A DNA stretch of 64,000 bases from Longimicrobiales bacterium. GTDB lineage: Bacteria; Gemmatimonadota; Gemmatimonadetes; Longimicrobiales; Gaopeijiaceae. How positions within the stretch are numbered: the stretch's first letter is position 1; the number at the start of each line of letters is the position of its first letter. The stretch covers positions 1,440,001-1,504,000 of the forward strand of contig CBDBCF010000001.1 of NCBI GenBank assembly GCA_965202985.1, read 5' to 3'. The translations under genes were made by a program, and so were the position numbers. This document shows positions 19,961-42,890 of this stretch, in pieces. Under the pieces are notes generated by a model. It saw only the letters and a list, made by a program, of their open reading frames with translations, did not search any database and had not been told where the DNA came from.

Positions 19961-20173
19961 GGAAGTTCGGCAGGAAGGGAGGGAAGGTCGCGAAACAAGA
20001 TACACTGGACCAAGCCCGCCGGCGCGACCGGCCTCCCGAAACAGCCGACGAGGAGTCGCTGGCGCCCCGCGACGGAGGAGGCCGGCAGGTCGTGCGGACG
20101 ACCGTGCCGGCCCGTTTCTCCGCGCCCGGGGGAGGCGCCGCCTCGGCGCGCTGGGGCGTCGAGGGGATTCTCC

Positions 20174-33742
<13,569 letters not shown>

Positions 33743-33802
33743 CAGTACAGACCGAAACCTGGCGTCCGATCCAGGCTTGCTGAAAGAAAGTCGCTTTGGG
33801 GA

Positions 33803-33823
33803 GGGGGGGGGGGGGGGGGGGGG
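33803..33823. repeat. G21 homopolymer (C21 on the adhesin coding strand)
   Basis: Counted directly; lies between the ATG at 33831 and the ATG at 33742. Confidence 0.9.
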
Positions 33824-33940
33824 CGAGTCATTTGTCGGTGCCGGGTGTCGGTTGATCGATCACGACATGCTGCCTGCCGTCGTCAGGGCGAGAATATAGC
33901 GAAATCGCCTGGTCCGTCCCAGGGTTCGCGGACTGCGCAT

Positions 33941-35224
33941 CATTAAATCGCAATAGAAATGTCCTCCCCTGGATTCGTTTCCGCCGTCCAGGTGGCCGGC
34001 AGAAGGTGGGCGACTGAACTCTCGCTGCGCAGCCGTTGATCATCACGTCCTGGTCCCCGGACCCCGGCTTCGCCGACCCGGTGAACGGCTGGCGGGAGCC
34101 GGGCGGCGCTGCTCTGGGCGGGGTTGGTGGAAGGGCAAGACGGGAAGCGGCGAGGCGGGCGAGGCGGCGTTCCCGCTTGGCCATCGCCCGCTCGACCTCC
34201 TCGCGGATCTGCTTGCGCCACGGATGGTCGCGGCCCGGCTTCCGCGGCTTCGGACGCGGGCGAGCCGGCCGTGGACGCGGCGCAGGGGGCGCGGGACGGT
34301 CGGCGCCCAGCGCCTCGACCGCCAAGTACCGATCGCCGCGGCGGAAGCGCAACTCGCCCGACAGGCGCCGCTCGACGACCACGCGCGAGCCCGGCCGCAC
34401 GCCCGCCGCTTCCGCTTCCGTCGCGGGGACCTGCCAGAAGCGGTTCTTCCAGCGCACCGTGTAGTCGCGCCCCACGACCCGCGTCTCCGTGTCGGCGAAC
34501 AGCGCCTCGAGATCGGTCCCCGGCGGCAACGGACGGTGCGCGTCCAGCGGCTCGACCGCGGCCACGGCGAAGCGCTCGTTCCAGAACGGCATCCAGCGCT
34601 CCGCCAAGAACCGGTTCGCCGCATCGAGCGTCGCGACCCCCGCCACGCGCATCTCCTTGATCAGTCGGTCCTGCGCCGTCCCGAACGCGCGCTCGACGCG
34701 CCCCTTCGCCTGCGGCGAGCCCGCCAGGATCAACTCGACGCCCAGCGCTTCCAGCCCGCAGGCGATCACCGACTTCGTGCGCTCGCCGTCCTTTCGCCCG
34801 CCAGCCGAAGTGTCCGGCGTGGTCCGTGTACACGGCCAACGGCCGACCGTGGCGCTCGATGCACTCGATGATCGCCCGCCGGTTCGCCGCGCCCGTGCAG
34901 CATCCGGCCCGTCGCGTCGTCGTGCAGCGCCACCAGCACCAAGTCGCCCGGTCCCCGATCCTCGAGCCAAGCGTGAACCGAACTGTCCCACTGCACCAGC
35001 TCGCCCAGCGCCGCGCGCCGCGGCCGACGGCTCCGGCGCCTCGCCCGCTTGCGCTTGCCCGTCCACAGCCCGGCCTCGGTCAGCCAGCGGCGCACCGTGT
35101 CCGCGCTCGCGTCCACGCCCAGCTCCCGCGCGGCGTGCTCGGCCAGCAGCGTCGGCCGAAGTCCGCGTACACCGCCGCCGCCGCCATCTGCGCTATGACC
35201 GGACATTTCTATTGCGGTACGACA
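33941..35224 (-). mobile_element. IS1202/ISNCY-type insertion sequence, internally deleted and frameshifted
   Basis: Transposase pieces ELVQWDSSVHAW, HDDATG, VYTDHAGHF and SPQAKGRVER. Left end TGTCGTACCGCAATAGAAATGTCC at 35224; degenerate right end with core at 33949-33964. Confidence 0.88.
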
Positions 35225-35243
35225 CGCCCGCTGCATCTTTTCC

Positions 35244-35298
35244 TTGGACGCGCGCCGGAAGGGCATTAGCTTGAGCGTCCGCCCCATTCCACAGGAGA
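35244..35298 (+). promoter_or_regulatory. Candidate sigma70-type promoter and RBS
   Basis: TTGGAC-17 nt-TAGCTT (35244-35272); AGGAGA just before the ATG at 35300. Confidence 0.4.
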
Positions 35299-35299
35299 G

Positions 35300-36007
35300 A
35301 TGCAGGTGGCTTTCGATTCGCTTCCGTCACAAGGTTCCATCCGTCCGCGCAAGTCCGCCGCCAAGACGTCGGCCGACGGCGCGACCGAGGGTGGTTCCCC
35401 TTCCTTGGCCGCCCGCTACGTGCGGATGCTGATCGACAGGGCCGCGACGCAAGAGAACCCGGAGCCGGCCTTGCTGAACCGCATCGAGAAGTTCGTGGAT
35501 CGGGTGGACGCCGGCGCCACGAAGGACACGGGCTTCGCCTCGCCGCTGAAGACGAGCTACGTCGACATGCTCATCGACAGGGCCGGGTCCCAGGTCGACA
35601 TCGACGCCAAGCTTCTCGACCGCATCGAGCGCTTCTTGGCGGAGAAGTGGGGGCCAGTGCCCCGCGGGGTCGCGAGCCGTCGTCGTGTGGCGGCGCCCGC
35701 GCCCGCGGCGAGGCCCGCGCGCGCCGGGCAAGGCAACGGTCGGCGGCGGAGCGCCGGTGCGGGGCATCCCGAGGTGCCGGCCGACCATTACGCCGGCCTG
35801 GGCGTGACGGCCGCGTACCGCAAGTTCGTCGGCGAGTTCGGCGCCGCCACCTATTCGGTCCCCCAGATCCGGGACGCCCTGCTGCAGGGCGGCGTCAGAA
35901 CCACCTCTCCGGGCAACGTGCTCACGGGACTTCACTCCGTTCGTCGCCGGGACCGCTTGGCGGCGGAGAAGGCCGCAGGCGCGGAGCAAGACGGCCAGCC
36001 GTTCTGA
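35300..36007 (+). CDS. Hypothetical protein: two helical repeats, basic linker and HTH-like C-domain shared with 50445-50963
   Basis: Purine-rich RBS, GC-rich third codon positions and a clear paralog in the window. Confidence 0.8.
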   Translation: MQVAFDSLPSQGSIRPRKSAAKTSADGATEGGSPSLAARYVRMLIDRAATQENPEPALLNRIEKFVDRVDAGATKDTGFASPLKTSYVDMLIDRAGSQVDIDAKLLDRIERFLAEKWGPVPRGVASRRRVAAPAPAARPARAGQGNGRRRSAGAGHPEVPADHYAGLGVTAAYRKFVGEFGAATYSVPQIRDALLQGGVRTTSPGNVLTGLHSVRRRDRLAAEKAAGAEQDGQPF

Positions 36008-36016
36008 TCGCCGGCG

Positions 36017-37372
36017 CTACGCCGCGCCCTCGAAGGCGCCGGGGTTCACCGCCGCCGCCCGGTGGGCCTTCAACTCGGGCATGACCGCGCTTCCGCAGCA
36101 CGCCACGAGAAAAACGCCTTCCACGACCAGTCCCGACACAGCCAGGCCCACGCCCATGACCGCCCCCATCGACGGGTCGGCCCCGAAGCCCAGCGCAAAG
36201 GCCGTCGCGGCCAGCGCCCCGATGCCGATCACCCGCAACACCGCCCCGACGCCCACGAAGCCGGTCTTGCCGGAGCGCACGAAGAGGCCCTGGTAGTACT
36301 GGCGCAACCCGTACAGCACGGGATACGCCGCCGTCAGGGGCAGCGCCGGGCCGGCAAGCGCGATCAAGTGCGGCTCCAGTGCGAACAAGAGGCGAAAAAC
36401 GGGCTCGCGGACGGCGGGCACGGACAGCGCCAGCAACAGGGCCATCGTCGCCGCGGCCACGCCCACGCCCCAGGCGCGGACCTGCCGGTGCGTGTCGGAA
36501 CACTTGACCAGGGCAATGCTGGCGTGCTGCATCTGCCCCACCGGCGCGGCCACGAACCAAGCCACGGCCTCCACCACGGTGAAGGCGGCCAGGGCCGGGT
36601 CCGGGTTGGCGGTGCGGGCCAGCACCGACCCCACGATCAGAGGGGTCGCCCACCACAGCAGCACGTTGGCCATCAACGGCGCCGAGAACCGCGCCACGTT
36701 CTGGCGGTCGGTCTCGCAGCCCGATTGCTCCAGCTTCAAACCGGGCGTGGGCGACCACACCACCCACAAAGTCTCGACCACGAGCCCGGCCGTGAACGCC
36801 GCCGCCCCCAGCCACGCGCCGCCCCCCGTAACCGCCACGGCCAATACCGCCGCAACCGCGAGCACTCCCGTTCGCCCGCCGGTGGCCGCCGCGATCGGAC
36901 GGGTCCGGTGGCCCGCCACCAGACGGCCTTGGTGGGAGGCCCGGACAGCGGTCAGGAACGGTACCGGCCATAGGAACCCCATGGCGCGCATCGCTTCGGC
37001 CTGTACTCGGGGGCCAACACCCACGACGCTCCCGAAGACCCAGTCCCCGGCGCTCGTGTACGCGATGACCGCTCCCGCGACGGAGAGCACGGCCCCCGTC
37101 AGGTAGGCGAACCGCCTGACGGGCGAGAACGAGCCGCCGCCCAACAGCCTCGCCGCCGCGACCTGCTGGATCACCAGAAGGGGCGCGTAGAGCACGCCGC
37201 ACACAGGGAACGCGACGCCGAAGCCTGCCAGGGCGATGGTCGGGTCCGTCGAGCGCCCCAGGGCCGCCGTGAGGATGGGATTGGTGGCGGTCAGAAGAAG
37301 ACTGGTGGCCGCCAATGGAGCGTAGAAGCGCGCAAATCCCCCCGGCGTGACGGGCGTCCCGTGGTCCGTCAA
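36017..37372 (-). CDS. MOP-superfamily (MATE/ANKH-like) membrane transporter
   Basis: About 12 hydrophobic segments in two homologous halves (FYAPLAATS..ALAGF and FSAPLMAN..ALAAF); start approximate. Confidence 0.7.
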   Translation of the reverse strand: MTDHGTPVTPGGFARFYAPLAATSLLLTATNPILTAALGRSTDPTIALAGFGVAFPVCGVLYAPLLVIQQVAAARLLGGGSFSPVRRFAYLTGAVLSVAGAVIAYTSAGDWVFGSVVGVGPRVQAEAMRAMGFLWPVPFLTAVRASHQGRLVAGHRTRPIAAATGGRTGVLAVAAVLAVAVTGGGAWLGAAAFTAGLVVETLWVVWSPTPGLKLEQSGCETDRQNVARFSAPLMANVLLWWATPLIVGSVLARTANPDPALAAFTVVEAVAWFVAAPVGQMQHASIALVKCSDTHRQVRAWGVGVAAATMALLLALSVPAVREPVFRLLFALEPHLIALAGPALPLTAAYPVLYGLRQYYQGLFVRSGKTGFVGVGAVLRVIGIGALAATAFALGFGADPSMGAVMGVGLAVSGLVVEGVFLVACCGSAVMPELKAHRAAAVNPGAFEGAA

Positions 37373-37433
37373 CCGGTCCCGCTTGCGGAGCGGCTCGCGG
37401 CTACGAGCCGGATTCGAAGGGCTTCCATGCTTT

Positions 37434-37690
37434 GCCGACGGTCCTCGCTCGCGTGGCTCAAATGACCGGAATGGGGATTCCATTCTATACCACGGACGCC
37501 TTCGCGGACAGGCCGTTCCGGGAAGCTGCCCCTTGCCGTACTGGTAGATTGGAACGGGGCGCGACGGTCCCCCGAAGTTGCCGAAGGTCCTCGAATCGCG
37601 CGGGGCTCAAATGACCGGACAAGGGATTCCGTTCTACATCGTGGACGCCTTCACGGACAAGCCGTTCCGTGGAAACCCTGCCGCCGTCTG
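37434..37690 (+). repeat. Degenerate tandem duplication (period ~149 bp) of the phzF 5' region
   Basis: GGCTCAAATGACCGGA followed by GGGATTCC..TTCTA..GGACGCCTTC.CGGACA.GCCGTTCCG occurs around the ATGs at 37462 and 37611. Confidence 0.85.
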
Positions 37691-38510
37691 CCTGGACGCC
37701 GACGACATTTCGGATGCGGCGCGCCAGGAGATCGCCCGCGAAATGAACCTGTCGGAGACGGCGTTCGTCTATCGACCGGGCTCCGACGGGAGGCGTCGCC
37801 TGCGGTGGTTCACGCCAGTGGCGGAAGTTCCGTTGTGCGGCCACGCGACGTTGGCCAGCGCCCATGTCCTTGTGCGAGAAGTCGGCATCCCGGGCCCGGT
37901 CGAGTTCGATTCGGCATCGGGACCGCTGTCGGTTCGCGAGGACGCCGGTCTCGATCCGTCGCGCCTCGTGATGGACTTTCCGGCCAATCCGCCCAAGGAG
38001 GCGCCCATGCCGGAGGGGTTGGCCGAGGCGCTGGGGCTGGCCGAGGCAACGGGGCTGGCCTCGATCATGCCGTCGCCTTCCCCTTCGGGGCCGAACCGCG
38101 GAAGTTGTCCGCCCGCCTTTGTCGCTTCGGACAAAGTGGCGATCGTGGTCTTGGCGTCGGAGCAGGCGGTTCTGGCCGTGAAGCCGGATTTTACCGCCCT
38201 GGGGCGGGTCGTCCTGCCCGGCAACTCGATGGGAGTGGCCGTCACGGCGCGCGGCGACGCTGGCCGGGGGGTGGATTTCGTGTCCCGGTTCTTTGCGCCC
38301 TGGCTGGGAGTGGACGAAGACCCGGTCACGGGCGTGGCGCACACATCCCTTGCCCCTTACTGGGCGACGGTGCTGGGCAAGACGGAGATGGAGGCCCGGC
38401 AGCTGTCCGCGCGGGGCGGAACGCTCACCGCAAGGAGCTTGGGCGACCGGGTGGAGCTGGCGGGACACGCCGTCACCGTGGCCTCGGGGACGCTGGTGCG
38501 GCCGGGATGA
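37611..38510 (+). CDS. PhzF-family isomerase/epimerase
   Basis: VDAFTDKPFRGNPAAV, NLSETAF, LCGHATLA and EDPVTG. Confidence 0.9.
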   Translation: MTGQGIPFYIVDAFTDKPFRGNPAAVCLDADDISDAARQEIAREMNLSETAFVYRPGSDGRRRLRWFTPVAEVPLCGHATLASAHVLVREVGIPGPVEFDSASGPLSVREDAGLDPSRLVMDFPANPPKEAPMPEGLAEALGLAEATGLASIMPSPSPSGPNRGSCPPAFVASDKVAIVVLASEQAVLAVKPDFTALGRVVLPGNSMGVAVTARGDAGRGVDFVSRFFAPWLGVDEDPVTGVAHTSLAPYWATVLGKTEMEARQLSARGGTLTARSLGDRVELAGHAVTVASGTLVRPG

Positions 38511-38550
38511 CGCGGGGGGTCGCGGACCCGCCGGGCTGCGCTGCCCGGCT

Positions 38551-38805
38551 TCAGAGCGCCGAGATGTCCACGGACTCGTCGACAAGCATGATGGGAATGC
38601 CTTTCCGGACGGGGTACAGGACTTGGCCGTCCTCGCGCAACAGGCCCGCGTCCATGGGCTCGGCCACAGGCTCGCCGCCCCGCGTCACGGCCCGCTCGTC
38701 GGCCACGGCGGCGTTGACGCGTTCCAGGACCTCGGAGTCCGCAACGGTCACGGGTTGGTGGGTCTCGGGACACACCAAGATGTCGAGAAGGTCTTGGTCC
38801 AGCAC
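38551..38805 (-). CDS. Trm112-family protein
   Basis: LLDILVCPET...YPVRKGIPIMLVDE; GTG start with upstream AAGGAG. Confidence 0.85.
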   Translation of the reverse strand: MLDQDLLDILVCPETHQPVTVADSEVLERVNAAVADERAVTRGGEPVAEPMDAGLLREDGQVLYPVRKGIPIMLVDESVDISAL

Positions 38806-38869
38806 GGCACCGCTCCTTGTTGGACGAAAAGCTACCGGCCGGCGCCCGAACCGACAACGGGCGGCGGCG

Positions 38870-39331
38870 CTGGCTGCCGCCGTCCTGGCCCTGGTCGCTG
38901 GTGCGTCGGCCGCACCCGTCTCCGGGAGCCAAGTCGCCTCGTCGCGCCCCGCCCCGGGCACGGCCTGGGTGATCTTCGGCGCCGACACGGTGCGGGCGGA
39001 GGTCGCCAGCCTTCCCGCCCAAAGGGAGCACGGGCTGATGAACCGCGACCGCGTGCCCGACGGAACGGGAATGCTCTTCGTGTTCCCAGACACCGAGCAA
39101 CGGTCGTTCTGGATGCGCGACACGCGCGTCGCCTTGGACATCGCCTTCTTCGACGACCGCTACCGAATCGCCGCCGTGAAGCAGATGGAGCCCATGGACG
39201 AGACCCTGACCGACTCCGACGAGCCGACCGCGCTCGTTTTGGAGGTCCGCCGAGGTTGGTTCGCCGAGAAGGGAATCGTCACGGGCGCGCAAGCGGAAGT
39301 CGTCTTCGGTCCCGGCCTAGTGGTGCGGTAG
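38870..39331 (+). CDS. DUF192-family exported protein (start uncertain)
   Basis: GLMNR..GMLFVF..FWMRDT..LDIAF..VLEV motif with a hydrophobic N-region. Confidence 0.8.
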   Translation: MAAAVLALVAGASAAPVSGSQVASSRPAPGTAWVIFGADTVRAEVASLPAQREHGLMNRDRVPDGTGMLFVFPDTEQRSFWMRDTRVALDIAFFDDRYRIAAVKQMEPMDETLTDSDEPTALVLEVRRGWFAEKGIVTGAQAEVVFGPGLVVR

Positions 39332-40540
39332 GAGCGCCTCCTCCATGGCGGCGACCAGCGCCTCCATGTCCGCTTCCGTATTGTAGACGTAGGGCGAAAC
39401 GCGGATGCTGGCCCCTCGAAACGACACGCCGACGCGGTGGCGGGCCAAGCAGGCCTTGACGCGCTCGGCGTCGGCGCTCGGCGGCAGCGACAGACCGAAC
39501 AGGTGCGGGCTCCGCCAGCGGTCGTCCTCAACGCCCAAGCCCAGCGCGCGCAGCCGGGGCAGGACGCCCGCGGCCAAGCGGGCGCAATAGGCGGACACCC
39601 GCTCCGGCCGCCACTCCAGGATCAAGTCCAGCGACGCCGAAAGCGCCGGCACGAGTGCGAAGTTGCTGCGCTGGCCCACGTCGAAGCGGACCGCGCCGGG
39701 CTGGTAGTCGTCCACGTACTCGACCAAGGCCGCAAAGTTCTCCGAGCCCCGACGCCCGATCCAGGTCTCTTCCAATGGCACGCCGTCCAGGTACCGCTCG
39801 CCGAACCACGCCAGGGACAGGGAGTAGGGCCCCAGCAGCCACTTGTAACCGGCCACGACCAAGGCGTCGGGCTGCAAGGCCGCCAAGTCCAGCGGGACCG
39901 CGCCTACGGACTGCGTGCCGTCCAGCACCAGCGCCGCGCCCACCTCTCGGGTTCGCTCTCGGACCGCGGACAGGTCGAAGCGGACGCCGTCGGTCCAGTG
40001 CACCGTGCCCATGGCCACCACGGCGGTTCCCGCGTCGATCCGGTCCAGGATGCGTTCCGTCCAGCCTTCGCCCCGGCCGTGGCGGCCAGCCCCCGACCGG
40101 TGCGCACCCGCATCGCCGGCAGCCGAACCGCCCGTCTCCGAGTCGCGGGGCGCCACCACGCGGAGTTCGCCGCCCACATCGGCCGCCAGACGCCGCCAGG
40201 GATAGACGTTTCCCGGGAACTGCTCGTGGAGGACGACCACGTTCCGGCCCGGCCCCAGTTCCGTATTGCGGGCGATCGCGGACACGGCATAGGAGACGGA
40301 CGGCACCGTAGCCACGTCTTCGGGCCGCTCGGCCCCCACGAGCCGGGCAAACTTCTCGCGCAGCTCGTCCGCCGGGCGAAAGAACTCCTCTGGAGCGATC
40401 GCCTGGGGGAAGCGCTTGGCCCGCAGCCCCTCGATCCCCGCCCGCTCCGCGGCCTTCGGCAGGGGTCCCATGTAGGCGCAGTTCAGGTAGTGGAAGTCTT
40501 CGGGCAACTGGAAGCGCGCCCGTTGGCAGGCCAGCGTCAC
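39317..40540 (-). CDS. Class V PLP-dependent aminotransferase / C-S lyase
   Basis: YLNCAYMGP, DGTQSVG, GYKWLLGP and IRVSP; GTGA overlap with the upstream gene. Confidence 0.88.
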   Translation of the reverse strand: MTLACQRARFQLPEDFHYLNCAYMGPLPKAAERAGIEGLRAKRFPQAIAPEEFFRPADELREKFARLVGAERPEDVATVPSVSYAVSAIARNTELGPGRNVVVLHEQFPGNVYPWRRLAADVGGELRVVAPRDSETGGSAAGDAGAHRSGAGRHGRGEGWTERILDRIDAGTAVVAMGTVHWTDGVRFDLSAVRERTREVGAALVLDGTQSVGAVPLDLAALQPDALVVAGYKWLLGPYSLSLAWFGERYLDGVPLEETWIGRRGSENFAALVEYVDDYQPGAVRFDVGQRSNFALVPALSASLDLILEWRPERVSAYCARLAAGVLPRLRALGLGVEDDRWRSPHLFGLSLPPSADAERVKACLARHRVGVSFRGASIRVSPYVYNTEADMEALVAAMEEALLPHH

Positions 40541-41535
40541 GGGTTGCGCGCGGTCTCCAGGTTGGCCTCCACCCATTCTCGGGTCGCGGGGTGGAGTTCC
40601 ACGGGCGCGTCGCGCAGGAACTCCATGTCGATCTGGGACGCCATTTCGTGGACTTGATCCAGCGCCGAGGCGCCCTGTTGGGCCAGCAGCCCCGCGACCA
40701 GGGCCGCCACGTCGTCCGGAAGGTCGGAGCGGGCCACGATCCACGCGGGGATTCCCGCCGTGACCACGTCCGCTTCCATGCCCGGGTAGGCGCCCTGGGG
40801 GATCGCGCCCAGCGTGTAGTAGGGGTAGCGTTCGCGAAGGGCCTCGACCTTGTCCGGCGCGATCGGCAGCAACCGCGCGCCGCCGGTCGTGGTGGCCTCC
40901 AAGATCGCCGCCGCCGGGTAGCCGACGGAGATGACGGCGGCGTCCAGAGCGCCGTCCCGCAGGGCCGTGGCCGATTCGTTGAAGCTCAGGTAGCGCGGCG
41001 TCACGTCTTCGTAGTCCAAGCCGTGAACCTCCAAGATCTGGCGCGCCATCTGCTCGGTGCCGCTGCCGGGCGCCCCGACGGAGACCGTCCCGCCCGCAAA
41101 GTCCTCGATCGACGACGCCTCGGAGCCGCGGGAGACCACCACGTGGGCCATGTTGGGGTACAACGGCGCCACGACCCTCAGCCCTTGCACAGGCTGTTCG
41201 TAGTCTTGGCCTCCCACCGCGGCCTCGTACACCGTGTTGCCGGTGGCGAACGCCAAGTCGATCTGGCCCTCGCGCAACCGATTCACGTTCTCCACCGAAC
41301 CGCCGCTTACCTCCGCCGTGTACTGTCGCAGCGTGTCCGCCACAGACAGCCGGGCCGCCAGCGCACCCCCCAAGGGGTAGTAGATGCCGCCGGTGCCGCC
41401 TGTGCCGATGCTCAGGAATTCTTGGGAACCGGAATCGGAGCACGCCGAGAGGCCAGCGCTTGCCACCAGCACTGCCGCCGCCAGGGCTCGGAGCCCTCTC
41501 GTGGCCTTCGTCTCCCGTCCTGTCGTCGTCTTCAT
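40537..41535 (-). CDS. TAXI-family TRAP solute-binding lipoprotein
   Basis: Lipobox LSAC; GTGGTGGIYY, GSVEN and GAPGSGTE. Confidence 0.92.
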   Translation of the reverse strand: MKTTTGRETKATRGLRALAAAVLVASAGLSACSDSGSQEFLSIGTGGTGGIYYPLGGALAARLSVADTLRQYTAEVSGGSVENVNRLREGQIDLAFATGNTVYEAAVGGQDYEQPVQGLRVVAPLYPNMAHVVVSRGSEASSIEDFAGGTVSVGAPGSGTEQMARQILEVHGLDYEDVTPRYLSFNESATALRDGALDAAVISVGYPAAAILEATTTGGARLLPIAPDKVEALRERYPYYTLGAIPQGAYPGMEADVVTAGIPAWIVARSDLPDDVAALVAGLLAQQGASALDQVHEMASQIDMEFLRDAPVELHPATREWVEANLETARNP

Positions 41536-41590
41536 TTCACGTGAACGCCAGCGCCTTTCGCCCGAGCGAGACGGCCTTGCGGGCAGCCCG

Positions 41591-42737
41591 CTACGGCTTG
41601 GCGGCGCCGGGCGTGGAGCCGCCTTCCGGCGTCCCGAGCCTCGCCGCCCGCGCCAAGAAGTCGCCGCCGCTCGTGCAGTCGATGATCAGGTCCGCGATCT
41701 CCGCCACGCGCCCCGAGTCGCCAACTCCCTCCAACAACGCCGCCAGCCCCTCCGCCGTCTCCGAACCGAACTTCCGACCGGCCTGACGAACCAGCGTCGC
41801 CCGCTGCTCGCGCCGCGCCCGCGCCGCCTCCCGGCGACCCTCCTTGCGCCCCTGCGCTCGCCCCTGCGCCCGCCCCACGGCCCGACCCTCCGCACGTCCC
41901 TTGCGACGCTCCGCCAACCGCTCCGCGCCCCAGAACGTCTGCGCCACACGCTCCAAATCGCCCAACCGCTGCAATCGACTCACCTCCGCCTCCTTCGCTC
42001 CGTCCTCGATCAACGCGCTCCGTACCCACGCCGCCAAAGCACGGCTCGCAACCCCGTCCTCCGGCAACAACTCCCGCAACCTCCCGTAAGCCTCCACAAA
42101 CTCTCCTCGATCCCGCGTGTAGCGCAACCTCAACCCCGCAGCCCACGACGTGTCCGCAGACGCCAACGCCCGCGCCTCCCCCGCCTCCCACACCAACACG
42201 AACTCCTGACCCAGAGCGAACGGCAGAATCGCCCGCGCCTCCCCCGCCAGCAAGTCCTCCATCCGCGTCGGCCACGGCCACGGCCCCTCCCCCACGTACA
42301 CCACGAATCGGCAGCACCGGCGGCAGCTTCCGACGCCTCCGAACCTCCGGGTCCCGTGCCAGCAGATCGTCGTAGATCAACGCCGTCTCCAACAGTATCC
42401 GCGCAGGCATCCGCCAGTCCGGCTTCGACTGCGCCTCGAACACGAACACCACGTACAGCCACGTGTCCCGGAACGGCGCCCGCCACACCAGGTCCGCGTG
42501 ACGGACCTTCCTGAACTCCAGGTCCACGTACTCCGTCTGCCCCTTCGACAGCCCGTCCAGGTCCAGCCGGGCGGCGATCTCTGCCGGAACGACCTTGCCC
42601 AGGACGCGCTCGGCCAGGAACTCGGCCACGACCTGCTTGTCCCCGTAGAACGCCTTCGCGCTCTTGTCCTTCGGCTGGTGGACCGCACGGCGGCTACGGT
42701 CTCGGGCGCTGTGGTCTCGGGGGCTTGCGGGGGCCAT
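41591..42737 (-). pseudogene. Rpn/YhgA-family recombination-promoting nuclease, +1 frameshift near 42306
   Basis: RHADLVWR..YVVFVFEAQS..PDWRM and LPPVLPI/VVYVG split across frames; C-terminal GRAxGRAQG repeats; RBS GAGGAG before the ATG at 42737. Confidence 0.8.
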
Positions 42738-42890
42738 GGGCGTCTCCTCGGGAGCGGCGTGGTCGGGGGCTCCGACGGCCCGGCTGGCGCGGGCCGCGAG
42801 AGCCGCGTCCCGAACGGTGGCGACTCCTTGCGGATAGCTCCATAGCTGGATGGGACACTCCGACAGCTGGTCCAAACGCGATTTCGACGC

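Noticed and set aside
19961..20170. SAM riboswitch upstream of the metK fragment
   Set aside because: I could not find SAM-I or SAM/SAH consensus elements by eye; an Infernal/Rfam scan would settle it.
41536..41545. 10-bp palindrome TTCACGTGAA just upstream of the TAXI start
   Set aside because: Too short to separate from chance in 64 kb, and no supporting second copy was noticed.
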